Part shown: one piece after another, positions 12,935 to 27,600 of the stretch
How positions within the stretch are numbered: the stretch's first letter is position 1
How the letters are laid out: the number at the start of each line of letters is the position of its first letter
Source: Paraphysomonas bandaiensis
Taxonomy: Eukaryota; Protista; Chrysophyceae
NCBI GenBank assembly: GCA_965644295.1
Contig: CBFFRP010000561.1
Coordinates: 1 to 63,231 of the forward strand
Reading direction: 5' to 3'
DNA length: 63,231 bases
Position numbers and translations under genes: made by a program
The notes under the pieces: model-generated
The model's database searches: none
The model's input: only the letters and a program-made list of their open reading frames with translations
Told to the model about the DNA's origin: nothing

Positions 12935-13535
12935 CATAGGGGGATGATCAGCAGGGTCAAACCCAGCATCAAATGAGCTTATGAAAAGAAAACTTCCAGT
13001 GGCGAAGGTGTTGGCCTTGGTCCTCGAGAGCCCATCAGTTTCTCCAACCGTGTCAATTACCGCTCCGAATCGTCATACCATTTCGCCTCTTTGTAGTTCA
13101 CCACCTTATAAGCACCGAAGTGTGAAGCATAGTCAAGAGTGCGGGAGCTACACGTTGTAGACACCCAGGCACCTCGGGACTTAGCAAGCTGAATAGCGAG
13201 CAATCCGACGGCCGTAGATCCCCCAAGGATGAGCACTCGTGATCCACTTACGACTATAGCCAGTCAAAGAGGATTTGGTAAGCCGTTGTTCCCACTACTA
13301 AGCGCGACAGCAGCGGCTTGATCACATGAGATAGCACTGGGTTTCTTGCTTAGTTTGGACTCAGGAACCACTCGCAGTATAGCATGTCTCGTCGTGGTTA
13401 TGCTGACCCCAACTAATACCAAAGGCCTCATCTCCGACAGAGAATGCTGTATCGCTCGCGCCCACTGAATATATCACTCCTGCAAAGTCATAACCCACCG
13501 TGAACAAGATATAGGGCCAACTACCTGCAATTGCA
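12935..13535 (-). pseudogene. Medium-chain dehydrogenase/reductase (NADPH:quinone oxidoreductase, RTN4IP1-like) pseudogene
   Basis: Across frameshifts: TVGYDFAGVIYSVG...FSVGDEAFG, VVPESKLSKKP...QAAAVAL/VGTTAYQILFD, GSRVLILGGSTAVGLLAIQLAKSRGAWVSTTCSSR, VIDTVGE. Stops and at least three frameshifts. Confidence 0.8.
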
Positions 13536-14188
13536 CAGGGAACCATCAACATCATCTTCGTCGCTAACATTTTATAGCCATTCACTCTTTAACGGACTTT
13601 TACTCTCTTCTGGTTTGATGAGTCCTTTCTTCTTTACTTCATTGGTGTCTTTCTCATAGCCATCTATTGCCTTACTTAGTTTTAAGTCTAAGTCTACGTC
13701 CATCTTCATATTTCTTGAGGTATAGAAGTCAACGATGGAGCTCTGTACTTAGCGTCATTTTTGAAATCCCACTTGCTGCATTTGTGTGTTGAACGACTTC
13801 TCCTATATCCCTTAGTGTGAGATATACTAGGGAGGTCAGGTTCACCTTCTGTAATGTCATCTGGGGCCCTTAGCTTCCCTCTTTCCCTCTTTCGTGCGTC
13901 GGTGTGAACAGATGGTCGAAGTAATCAAGACAGATGTCTTTCGGGAATGGAATCTTCAAATTTTCATCATCATCAGAGCTTCAGGGTACGCTGTTATACA
14001 CCACGTTGCAATATGGCCAACCTTTGCTTGTATGCTGCTTTCATTCCTGCTATTGTTCGTTTCTTCTTATAGTCAGATACATTATCAGCATTGGAGTCAA
14101 CAGACACAACCGGCTGTCGGCGTATACGGCCACTTCCTCTTCCCCTTTGAGGTAACTCTTCTTCCTTGTCTGAATCTGTCTCACTCAT
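13536..14188 (-). mobile_element. Decayed N-terminal fragment of a Crypton-type (tyrosine recombinase) transposon ORF
   Basis: SSIVDFYTSRNMKMDVDLDLKLSKAIDGYEKDTNEVKKKGLIKPEESKSPLK/VNGYKMLATKMM resembles, from memory, the GY-K-x-K-xG-x-EGK-PL-GY-LA segment preceding the recombinase domain of stramenopile Cryptons. Frameshifted. Confidence 0.5.
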
Positions 14189-14505
14189 GTTTGCAGTAAG
14201 TATGGTCGAATATTGATATATGCCACTAACGGCTGTCATGTTCAAGGAGGATAGTAGAGATTCCAACAGTGTTTTACAACTAATAAAGTGGCTATTTCCC
14301 TGTAAAATAGTATTTTTATTATATAAAAGTGCTGGTTTTTGAAGCTTAAACCTTTACATACATACACATTTTGTACATATATACCTCTGTATATACAATG
14401 TATACATATACTGTATGTATATTTCGAGGCATATGTAAAACTGGCACTTTTATATAAGGAAACCCCCCATAGATTCATATGTGCAGTCCATACATGCAGA
14501 GTACA

Positions 14506-14597
14506 TTGTACTGTATTGTATTGTACTGTATTGTATTGTATTGTATTGTACTGTATTGTACTGTATTGTACTGTATTGTATTGTACTGTATTGTACT
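14506..14597. repeat. (TGTAY)n pentanucleotide microsatellite
   Basis: Mixed TGTAC/TGTAT units ~125 bp upstream of the next ATG. Confidence 0.95.
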
Positions 14598-14722
14598 CTA
14601 CACATGCAGGTGGGGCTTCCAGCTGATGTTGGTGAAATAGCGATACCTGCGAGTGATGATCAGGGAATAGAGCTGGTCTGTTGTTATAGTTATCTGCTTA
14701 TATACAGTGTTCGGTAGTGAGT

Positions 14723-15520
14723 ATGCAGAATTCATCAATGGAGTTCGGAGACATGACTCCGACATACGAGAGAAACAACCGCAGCAATCAAATGAAAGCC
14801 CTGAGGTTTAACCGCAGCGATTGGTGTGTTGTTTTAATGTTACTGTGTAGGTGTTTTCCTGTCTGTAAGCCGACCGGTCACTCTGCAGTCGGATTTTGTG
14901 GTTCGTCTTTAAAGACTGTGTTAGAAGTCACTATTACTCCCAAGTGCCCCCCTTGTCAGTACTATGACGCTTTCTGGGCACAGACGGTGTATATTGCTGA
15001 GCTGAGATGTAAGGACGAAGCAGGACTGTCAGCGGGTCGATACGTTTCTAAGCGAGATGTGATGTCGAATTTGCGGAGTAGAACAGAAAAATTTAAGCCT
15101 TATATTAAAGGACAGTGCACCAGTGTAAAAACCACTGAGAGCGATGGAATTACGACCAAATTAATTTCGCTGGAGTTTAATTCAGAGCACAATGCTTGGC
15201 ACTATGGGTGGACTTCACATAAATATTCGAACTCGAAGAGCCACGTGATTGATGTCATGGTTCTTGTGCAAAGATCAGCTGTGGATGAACGGTTTTTCAT
15301 TGCGGCTTCCTTTTTATCCCCGGAGTTTACTATTGTGAGTACTAAACGGGGGCGTGCCACAAAACGCGTGAAAACAGAGATAGAAAATTCGACTAGTGAT
15401 GCTGAGTGCGATCCTTATGATGAAGTAGCAGATTCGAAGCGAGTGTTGGTGGGCACTCATGAATTTAGCCGGGGTAGCACACTCTTTCCTCCACATCCAA
15501 GCGTTATTCAGAATAATTAG
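14723..15520 (+). CDS. Hypothetical protein, putative DNA-binding domain
   Basis: 267-aa ORF with a likely in-frame intron (~14785-14850). Beta-rich domain WHYGWTSHKYSNSKSHVIDVMVL...SPEFTIVSTKRGRATKRVK with a basic NLS-like tail. Confidence 0.65.
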   Translation: MQNSSMEFGDMTPTYERNNRSNQMKALRFNRSDWCVVLMLLCRCFPVCKPTGHSAVGFCGSSLKTVLEVTITPKCPPCQYYDAFWAQTVYIAELRCKDEAGLSAGRYVSKRDVMSNLRSRTEKFKPYIKGQCTSVKTTESDGITTKLISLEFNSEHNAWHYGWTSHKYSNSKSHVIDVMVLVQRSAVDERFFIAASFLSPEFTIVSTKRGRATKRVKTEIENSTSDAECDPYDEVADSKRVLVGTHEFSRGSTLFPPHPSVIQNN

Positions 15521-16710
15521 GCCACAAAGTATACTTGAAGTTCTCATGCAGTTTCGAAAAGATAGCTATCTACTAAAATTATTTCGTTGATATGTCACTA
15601 GTGTCTCATTGATATGTTTTATTTGCTTTCACCACATTTGGCTATGAAATGACTAGTATTGTTCTATATCAAAAGCAGGTTAACCGTTACTAGTTATCGT
15701 ACGTCATTTATACAAAATTCTCGCCACCCAACTTTCACGTATAATAATGCATTAAGTTGTTGTCATTCTTATCACACACTGAATTTACCTATATTTTCCT
15801 AGCAGCTATAGCTGTACTTATTAACTTAAGCTTTTAAGAGTGCAGTATTAACTGTTGACTGATTGATATTAAGGGAGATATAGTGAAGTTATGATGTTGT
15901 AGCACTGTGATTTAGGAACCACGTCAATCACCAACATCAACATTCTGTTCTACAAATTGTATCTTTTTAACAGCTACTACATTTTCAGTTTCTTTCTATA
16001 CTTGTAATAGCTACTCCTATAGTCTATTGTCATGTATATTCTGTATTTCCTTGCTACATAGTACATAGAATACAGGATAACTACTAGCAATAGGCTTTAC
16101 CAAACTTCAAGTACGCACGTAGGAGTTGGTTGTAGTTCAATAGTACTTCTTACTTTATACCAATGCGTTTATCATAGTGAAGAAGATACTGTTCATAGCT
16201 CTAGGTGTACTCAGTACTTGCTACATTTACACAATAAATTCATTAGAATGTAACCCCTTGTGGCAGCCTTGGTTACTACCTGTTTCTATTCCACTAGATG
16301 GTACGATTGGCTGCTGTTACGTCTTTCATTTATTAGTATATGAATTTTTCTGACATATATTAAGGCTCATGGATTCACCTAACGCGTGAATACAAAAAGG
16401 AAAATACAATAAAATAACAACTGACAGAATAAGATTACCAACTATTAACTATATAAGGTACATGACTGTACAAGATATGCTAATGTATGTTTGTTTCCTA
16501 TGCTCTATTATACTATTCATATATTGCATTTCATTAGTTTAAACTGAATTCTTTGTACACCTTTGAAGTAGCCATTATCATGTTTTGATCTCCGCAATGG
16601 AAAATAGTGTCACTCTATCGTAATCAAAATCCACATTTTGAAACCTACTTTCTTAAATGTAAGCTATACTCCACAGCAAAACGCATATTAACAAAGACTA
16701 CGCATCATGA

Positions 16711-18153
16711 CTAAAATATGCAATATTTATCATAATCTACAGCGCTATGTCCCTTTTTATTCCTAATTTCCAAATCAGGACCCCCATCACGAATTATGAT
16801 AGAAATTTCCTTTTTTTTCTCTCGACATGCAATCATTAAGGCCGTGTCAGATTTGAAATTTTGCACATTGAGATCACAATTAGCTCGAACCAGCAATGAA
16901 CATATTTCTTCCTGATCGTTTTCTACTGCATAATGTAGGGCTGTATTGCCAGCATTGTCACGTGCATCTGTATCTGCATCCTCTTTAAGCAGAGCAATGC
17001 AGACATCTTTTAGGCCTTTACGAGTAGCCAGCATAAGAGCCGTTTCACCTTTACTATTTAAAATATCGATTTTTGCCCCAGCAGAAATTAAAAAAGTAGC
17101 AACATCAGAATGTCCAGCTGCTATAGAGTCCACAAGAGGTGTTTCCCCAGAGTGTGTCCGCTCATCCAGATGGCAATTTCTATCTACAAAAAGGGTGCAG
17201 ACACCTTTGTGTCCCTTCCGACTTGCCCAATGCAAGGCATTCTCGCCCTTGTTATTAGCAGCCGTTATATCAGCACCTACATCAATCATTGCCTGACATA
17301 CTTCAACCCATCCAACATCTGCTGCAAAATGTAAAGCCGTGTTCCCTTCCTTGCTCCGAATAGTTCCATTAACTCCATTACTCAACAATAGCATTGCAAT
17401 ATCGGGAGCGTCTTTCATAATGGCATTCATAAGTGCTGTTTCACCTTTCTTGTTTCGCACATTCATATCTGCCTTGCTTTCGATGAGGAGCGAACATACA
17501 TCCAGGAGTCTACAACGACAGGCAAGAATAAGTGCACTGTCCCCCCAGTTATTCACCGCATCAAGAGCGCACTGTTTCTCAATTAATATTGAACTTACGG
17601 CGGATTGACCTTTGATGATCGAATTCATTAGCGCCGTATTTCCATCACTGTTAGTTTGGTCAATTTCGGCTCCGGCTTCAAGCAAACATTTACACACAAC
17701 AACATTTCCGCATCGGCTAGCCAATATTAGTGGGGTGTCTCCTCTTTTGTTCGTAACATTCACCTTGGCTCCTTTAGACACCAATAAGAAACATATGTCC
17801 TCGTGTCCTACAGTTATCGCACAATTCAGTGCCGTCTCACCCTTTCCATTCTGAATATTCATGTCCGCACCTTTTTCAATAAGTTCACAACATAGTTCTA
17901 TGTGACCCTTGCGGGCGCAACAGATAAGTGCCGTATCACCGGAGCGGTTAGCAGTATTAACAGAACATGATGCATTGATAAGGTGCTTCGCGATGGCAAT
18001 GCTGTCATTAACACAAGCAATCAAAAGAGGTGTGTTTCCCTCTTCGTCTGTTTTGTTTAAATGGACAAAGCCTCTTTGAAGAATATTCTGAACTTGCTGC
18101 TCGTCAGCTGCTTGAACGGCACTCATCACATCCCTTCCGATCGAACCTCCCAT
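16711..18153 (-). CDS. Ankyrin repeat protein (~13 repeats), intronless, N-terminal MGG
   Basis: 33-aa G(N/D/E)T(P/A)L periodic repeats throughout the 480-aa ORF. Confidence 0.95.
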   Translation of the reverse strand: MGGSIGRDVMSAVQAADEQQVQNILQRGFVHLNKTDEEGNTPLLIACVNDSIAIAKHLINASCSVNTANRSGDTALICCARKGHIELCCELIEKGADMNIQNGKGETALNCAITVGHEDICFLLVSKGAKVNVTNKRGDTPLILASRCGNVVVCKCLLEAGAEIDQTNSDGNTALMNSIIKGQSAVSSILIEKQCALDAVNNWGDSALILACRCRLLDVCSLLIESKADMNVRNKKGETALMNAIMKDAPDIAMLLLSNGVNGTIRSKEGNTALHFAADVGWVEVCQAMIDVGADITAANNKGENALHWASRKGHKGVCTLFVDRNCHLDERTHSGETPLVDSIAAGHSDVATFLISAGAKIDILNSKGETALMLATRKGLKDVCIALLKEDADTDARDNAGNTALHYAVENDQEEICSLLVRANCDLNVQNFKSDTALMIACREKKKEISIIIRDGGPDLEIRNKKGHSAVDYDKYCIF

Positions 18154-18606
18154 AGCTGTTACTAAACACAGGGCCTTTAGTATGAGGATGTGATCTCACT
18201 TCCACTGTACAGTCAATTCTATCCTGTGTATCGTCCAGATATGGTCTGGCCCATATAGAGCGTGTAGATACAGCAGAGCATATGGATACAGTGCAGACCG
18301 TTACTGTTAAATCTAGTCGGAGTCACTGCATAGTGCAGACAGCTCCACGCCCTCCTCGCTCTACATACATACAGCAGCAGCAGCAGTGCACTATTTCATA
18401 CTGTATATGGATATTAGGAATACAGCAGAAGTACACAGCCTACAGTTCTATACAGCGGAGTAGGAGGAGCACCATATACCGGTATACGTCCAGCGTGCAG
18501 CAGAATGTGTTATGGTCTCATGTACTCGGCACGCGGCAGTGTGTTGTGTTGCAGTGTAAAGGTCACTGATAAGGTCACTGCAGACAAGCACTAACTAGCA
18601 ATACAC

Positions 18607-21600
18607 ATGGCATCCACACTGGGCTTAGGCCTCGATACTCTCCAGAGATCACTGGATAAGGCGCAACACGAAGCAGCCGAAAGTGCCCGTGAGATGATGG
18701 CGCAGACAGGTGAATGCTGCTGCAACCCTACCGTGTATAACTATATATGACCACATGCATATCTATATATGACCACATGCATATCTATATATGACCCTAT
18801 GCATGTCTATATATGACTCTATGCATATCTATATATGACCACATGCATATCTATATATGACCCTATGCATGTCTATATATGACCCTATGCATGTCTATAT
18901 ATGACTCTATGCATGTCTATATATGACCCTATGCATGTCTATATACGACCCTATGCATGTCTATATATGACCCTATGCATATCTATATATGACCCTATGC
19001 ATATCTATATACGACCCTATGCATATCTATATGACCCTATGCATATCTATATATGACCCTATGCATATCTATATATGACCATATGCATATCTATATATGA
19101 CTATGCATATCTATATATGACCATATGCATATCTATATATGACCCTATGCATGTCTATATATGACCCTATGCATATCTATATATGACCCTATGCATATCT
19201 ATATATGACCCTATGCGTATCTATATATGACCCTATGCATATCTATATATGACCCTATGCATATCTATATACGACCCTATGCATATCTATATGACCCTAT
19301 GCATATCTATATATGACCCTATGCATATCTATATACGACCCTATGCATATCTATATGACCCTATGCATATCTATATGACCCTATGCATATCTATATATGA
19401 CCCTATGCATATCTATATATGACCATATGCATATCTATATATGACCCTATGCATGTCTATATATGACCCTATGCATATCTATATATGACCCTATGCATAT
19501 CTATATATGACCCTATGCGTATCTATATATGACCCTATGCATATCTATATATGACCCTATGCATATCTATATACGACCCTATGCATATCTATATGACCCT
19601 ATGCATATCTATATATGACCCTATGCATATCTATATACGACCCTATGCATATCTATATGACCCTATGCATATCTATATGACCCTATGCATATCTATATAT
19701 GACCCTATGCATGTCTATATATGACCCTATGCATGTCTATATATGACCACATGCATATCTATATATGACCCTATGCATATAGATATATGACCCTATGCAT
19801 ATCTATATGACCCTATGCATGTCTATATATGACCCTATTCATATCTATATATGACCCTATTCATATCTATATATGACCCTATGCATATCTATATATGACC
19901 CTATGCATGTCTATATATGACCCTATGCATGTCTATATACGACTCTATGCATATAGATATATGACCCTATGCATGTCTATATATGACCCTATGCATATCT
20001 ATATATGACCCTATGCATGTCTATATATGACCCTATGCATATCTATATATGACCCTATGCATATAGATATACGACCCAATGCATATAGATATATGACCCT
20101 ATGCATATCTATATATGACCCTATGCATGTCTATATGACCCTATGCATGTCTATATATGACCCTATGCATATCTATATATGACCCTATGCATATCTATAT
20201 ATGACCCTATGCATATAGATATATGACCCTATGCATGTCTATATATGACCCTATGCATATCTATATATGACCCTATGCATGTCTATATATGACCCTATGC
20301 ATATCTATATATGACCCTATGCATGTCTATATACGACCCTATGCATATAGATATATGACCCTATGCATATCTATATATGACCCTATGCATGTCTATATAT
20401 GACCCTATGCATATAGATATACGACCCAATGCATATAGATATATGACCATATTTATGTCTATATATGACCCTATGCATATAGATATATGACCCTATGCAT
20501 GTCTATATATGACTCTATGCATATCTATATATGACCCTATGCATGTCTATATACGACCCTATGCATATCTATATATGACCCTATGCATATCTATATATGA
20601 CCCTATGCATATCTATATATGACCCTATTCATATCTATATATGACCATATGCATGTCTATATATGACCCTATGCATATCTATATATGACCCTATGCATAT
20701 CTATATATGACCATATTTATGTCTATATATGACCCTATGCATATCTATATATGACCCTATGCATGTCTATATATGACCCTATGCATGTCTATATATGACT
20801 CTATGCATGTCTATATATGACCCTATGCATATCTATATATGACCCTATGCATGTCTATATATGACCCTATGCATATCTATATATGACCCTATGCATGTCT
20901 ATATATGACCCTATGCATATCTATATATGACCCTATTCATATCTATATATGACCATATGCATGTCTATATATGACCCTATGCATATCTATATATGACCCT
21001 ATACATATCTATATATGACCATATTTATGTCTATATATGACCCTATGCATATCTATATATGACCCTATGCATGTCTATATATGACCCTATGCATGTCTAT
21101 ATATGACCCTATGCATATCTATATATGACCCTATGCGTATCTATATATGACCCTATGCATATCTATATACGACCCTATGCATATCTATATGACCCTATGC
21201 ATATCTATATATGACCCTATGCATATCTATATATGACCCTATGCGTATCTATATATGACCCTATGCATATCTATATACGACCCTATGCATATCTATATGA
21301 CCCTATGCATATCTATATATGACCCTATGCATGTCTATATATGACCATATGCATGTCTATATATGACCCTATGCATATCTATATATGACCCTATACATAT
21401 CTATATATGACCATATTTATGTCTATATATGACCCTATGCATATCTATATATGACCCTATGCATGTCTATATATGACCCTATGCATGTCTATATATGACC
21501 CTATGCATATCTATATATGACCCTATGCGTATCTATATATGACCCTATGCATATCTATATACGACCCTATGCATATCTATATGACCCTATGCATATCTAT

Positions 21601-24600
21601 ATATGACCCTATGCATGTCTATATATGACCCTATGCATGTCTATATATGACCCTATGCATATCTATATATGACCCTATGCATGTCTATATATGACCCTAT
21701 GCATATCTATATATGACCCTATGCATGTCTATATACGACCCTATGCATATCTATATATGACCCTATGCATATCTATATATGACCCTATGCATGTCTATAT
21801 ATGACCCTATGCATATAGATATACGACCCAATGCATATAGATATATGACCATATTTATGTCTATATATGACCCTATGCATGTCTATATATGACCCTATGC
21901 ATATCTATATATGACCCTATGCGTATCTATATATGACCCTATGCATATCTATATACGACCCTATGCATATCTATATGACCCTATGCATATCTATATATGA
22001 CCCTATGCATGTCTATATATGACCCTATGCATATCTATATATGACTCTATGCATATCTATATATGACCCTATGCATGTCTATATATGACCCTATGCATGT
22101 CTATATATGACTATGCATATCTATATATGACCCTATGCATATAGATATATGACCCTATTCATATCTATATATGACCATATTTATGTCTATATATGACCCT
22201 ATGCATGTCTATATATGACCCTATGCATATCTATATATGACCCTATGCGTATCTATATATGACCCTATGCATATCTATATACGACCCTATGCATATCTAT
22301 ATGACCCTATGCATATCTATATATGACCCTATGCATGTCTATATATGACCCTATGCATATCTATATATGACTCTATGCATATCTATATATGACCCTATGC
22401 ATATCTATATATGACCCTATGCATGTCTATATATGACCCTATGCATATAGATATACGACCCAATGCATATAGATATATGACCATATTTATGTCTATATAT
22501 GACCCTATGCATGTCTATATATGACCCTATGCATATCTATATATGACCCTATGCGTATCTATATATGACCCTATGCATATCTATATACGACCCTATGCAT
22601 ATCTATATGACCCTATGCATATCTATATATGACCCTATGCATGTCTATATATGACCCTATGCATATCTATATATGACTCTATGCATATCTATATATGACC
22701 CTATGCATGTCTATATATGACCCTATGCATGTCTATATATGACTCTATGCATATCTATATATGACCCTATGCATATAGATATATGACCCTATTCATATCT
22801 ATATATGACTCTATGCATGTCTATATATGACCCTATGCATATCTATATACGACCCTATGCATATCTATATGACCCTATGCATATCTATATATGACCCTAT
22901 GCATGTCTATATATGACCCTATGCATATCTATATATGACTCTATGCATATCTATATATGACCCTATGCATATCTATATATGACCCTATGCATGTCTATAT
23001 ATGACCCTATGCATATAGATATACGACCCAATGCATATAGATATATGACCATATTTATGTCTATATATGACCCTATGCATGTCTATATATGACCCTATGC
23101 ATATCTATATATGACCCTATGCGTATCTATATATGACCCTATGCATATCTATATACGACCCTATGCATATCTATATGACCCTATGCATATCTATATATGA
23201 CCCTATGCATGTCTATATATGACCCTATGCATATCTATATATGACTCTATGCATATCTATATATGACCCTATGCATGTCTATATATGACCCTATGCATGT
23301 CTATATATGACTCTATGCATATCTATATATGACCCTATGCATATAGATATATGACCCTATTCATATCTATATATGACTCTATGCATGTCTATATATGACC
23401 CTATGCATATCTATATACGACCCAATGCATATAGATATATGACCATATTTATGTCTATATATGACCCTATGCATATAGATATATGACCCTATGCATGTCT
23501 ATATATGACCCTATGCATATCTATATATGATTATGCATATCTATATATGACTCTATGCATATCTATATATGACCCTATGCATGTCTGTATATGACCCTAT
23601 GCATGTCTATATATGACCCTATGCATATCTATATACGACCCTATGCATATCTATATATGACCATATTTATGTCTATATATGACCCTATGCATATCTATAT
23701 ATGACCCTATGCATGTCTATATATGACCCTATGCATATAGATATATGACCCTATGCATGTCTATATATGACCCTATGCATATCTATATATGACCCTATGC
23801 ATGTCTATATATGACCCTATGCATATCTATATATGACCCTATGCATGTCTATATACGACCCTATGCATATAGATATATGACCCTATGCATATCTATATAT
23901 GACCCTATGCATGTCTATATATGACCCTATGCATATAGATATACGACCCAATGCATATAGATATATGACCATATTTATGTCTATATATGACCCTATGCAT
24001 ATAGATATATGACCCTATGCATGTCTATATATGACTCTATGCATATCTATATATGACCCTATGCATATCTATATATGACCCTATTCATATCTATATATGA
24101 CTCTATGCATATCTATATATGACCCTATGCATATCTATATATGACCCTATTCATATCTATATATGACCCTATGCATGTCTATATATGACCCTATGCATAT
24201 CTATATATGACCCTATGCATATCTATATATGACCATATTTATGTCTATATATGACCCTATGCATATCTATATATGACCCTATGCATGTCTATATATGACC
24301 CTATGCATGTCTATATATGACCCTATGCATGTCTATATATGACCCTATGCATATCTATATATGACCCTATGCATATAGATATATGACCCTATGCATGTCT
24401 ATATATGACCCTATGCATATCTATATATGACCCTATGCATGTCTATATATGACCCTATGCATATCTATATATGACCCTATGCATGTCTATATACGACCCT
24501 ATGCATATAGATATATGACCCTATGCATATCTATATATGACCCTATGCATATCTATATATGACCCTATGCATATAGATATATGACCCTATGCATGTCTAT

Positions 24601-27600
24601 ATATGACCCTATGCATATCTATATATGACCCTATGCATGTCTATATATGACCCTATGCATATCTATATATGACCCTATGCATGTCTATATACGACCCTAT
24701 GCATATAGATATATGACCCTATGCATATCTATATATGACCCTATGCATATCTATATATGACCCTATGCATATCTATATATGACCATATTTATGTCTATAT
24801 ATGACCCTATGCATATCTATATATGACCCTATGCATGTCTATATATGACCCTATGCATGTCTATATATGACCCTATGCATGTCTATATATGACCCTATGC
24901 ATATCTATATATGACCCTATGCATATAGATATATGACCCTATGCATGTCTATATATGACCCTATGCATATCTATATATGACCCTATGCATGTCTATATAT
25001 GACCCTATGCATATCTATATATGACCCTATGCATGTCTATATACGACCCTATGCATATAGATATATGACCCTATGCATATCTATATATGACCCTATGCAT
25101 GTCTATATATGACCCTATGCATATAGATATACGACCCAATGCATATAGATATATGACCATATTTATGTCTATATATGACCCTATGCATATAGATATATGA
25201 CCCTATGCATGTCTATATATGACTCTATGCATATCTATATATGACCCTATGCATATCTATATATGACCCTATTCATATCTATATATGACTCTATGCATGT
25301 CTATATATGACCCTATGCATATCTATATACGACCCAATGCATATAGATATATGACCATATTTATGTCTATATATGACCCTATGCATATAGATATATGACC
25401 CTATGCATGTCTATATATGACCCTATGCATATCTATATATGATTATGCATATCTATATATGACTCTATGCATATCTATATATGACCCTATGCATGTCTGT
25501 ATATGACCCTATGCATGTCTATATATGACCCTATGCATATCTATATACGACCCTATGCATATCTATATATGACCATATTTATGTCTATATATGACCCTAT
25601 GCATATCTATATATGACCCTATGCATGTCTATATATGACCCTATGCATATAGATATATGACCCTATGCATGTCTATATATGACCCTATGCATATCTATAT
25701 ATGACCCTATGCATGTCTATATATGACCCTATGCATATCTATATATGACCCTATGCATGTCTATATACGACCCTATGCATATAGATATATGACCCTATGC
25801 ATATCTATATATGACCCTATGCATGTCTATATATGACCCTATGCATATAGATATACGACCCAATGCATATAGATATATGACCATATTTATGTCTATATAT
25901 GACCCTATGCATATAGATATATGACCCTATGCATGTCTATATATGACTCTATGCATATCTATATATGACCCTATGCATATCTATATATGACCCTATTCAT
26001 ATCTATATATGACTCTATGCATATCTATATATGACCCTATGCATATCTATATATGACCCTATTCATATCTATATATGACCCTATGCATGTCTATATATGA
26101 CCCTATGCATATCTATATATGACCCTATGCATATCTATATATGACCCTATGCATATCTATATATGACCCTATGCATATCTATATATGACCATAATGTCTA
26201 TATATGACCCTATGCATATCTATATATGACCCTATGCATGTCTATATATGACCCTATGCATGTCTATATATGACCCTATGCATGTCTATATATGACCCTA
26301 TGCATATCTATATATGACCCTATGCATATCTATATATGACCCTATGCGTATCTATATATGACCCTATGCATATCTATATACGACCCTATGCATATCTATA
26401 TGACCCTATGCATATCTATATATGACCCTATGCATGTCTATATATGACCCTATGCATGTCTATATATGACCCTATGCATGTCTATATATGACCCTATGCA
26501 TATCTATATATGACCCTATGCATATCTATATATGACCCTATGCGTATCTATATATGACCCTATGCATATCTATATACGACCCTATGCATATCTATATATG
26601 ACCATATTTATGTCTATATATGACCCTATGCATGTCTATATATGACCCTATGCATGTCTATATATGACCCTATGCATATAGATATATGACCCTATGCATA
26701 TCTATATATGACCCTATGCATATCTATATATGACCCTATGCATGTCTATATATGACCCTATGCATATCTATATATGACCCTATGCATGTCTATATACGAC
26801 CCTATGCATATAGATATATGACCCTATGCATATCTATATATGACCCTATGCATGTCTATATATGACCCTATGCATATAGATATACGACCCAATGCATATA
26901 GATATATGACCATATTTATGTCTATATATGACCCTATGCATATAGATATATGACCCTATGCATGTCTATATATGACTCTATGCATATCTATATATGACCC
27001 TATGCATATCTATATATGACCCTATTCATATCTATATATGACTCTATGCATATCTATATATGACCCTATGCATATCTATATATGACCCTATTCATATCTA
27101 TATATGACTCTATGCATATCTATATATGACCCTATGCATATCTATATATGACCCTATTCATATCTATATATGACCCTATGCATGTCTATATATGACCCTA
27201 TGCATATCTATATATGACCCTATGCATATCTATATATGACCATATTTATGTCTATATATGACCCTATGCATATCTATATATGACCCTATGCATATCTATA
27301 TATGACCATATTTATGTCTATATATGACCCTATGCATATCTATATATGACCCTATGCATGTCTATATATGACCCTATGCATGTCTATATATGACCCTATG
27401 CATGTCTATATATGACCCTATGCATATCTATATATGACCCTATGCATATCTATATATGACCCTATGCGTATCTATATATGACCCTATGCATATCTATATA
27501 CGACCCTATGCATATCTATATGACCCTATGCATATCTATATATGACCCTATGCATGTCTATATATGACCCTATGCATGTCTATATATGACCCTATGCATG

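Noticed and set aside
16946-17854. Plus-strand ORFs antisense to the ankyrin gene (similar shadows over Copia pol, WDR47 and the WW-TPR gene)
   Set aside because: Antisense shadows of real coding regions, with no domain signal.
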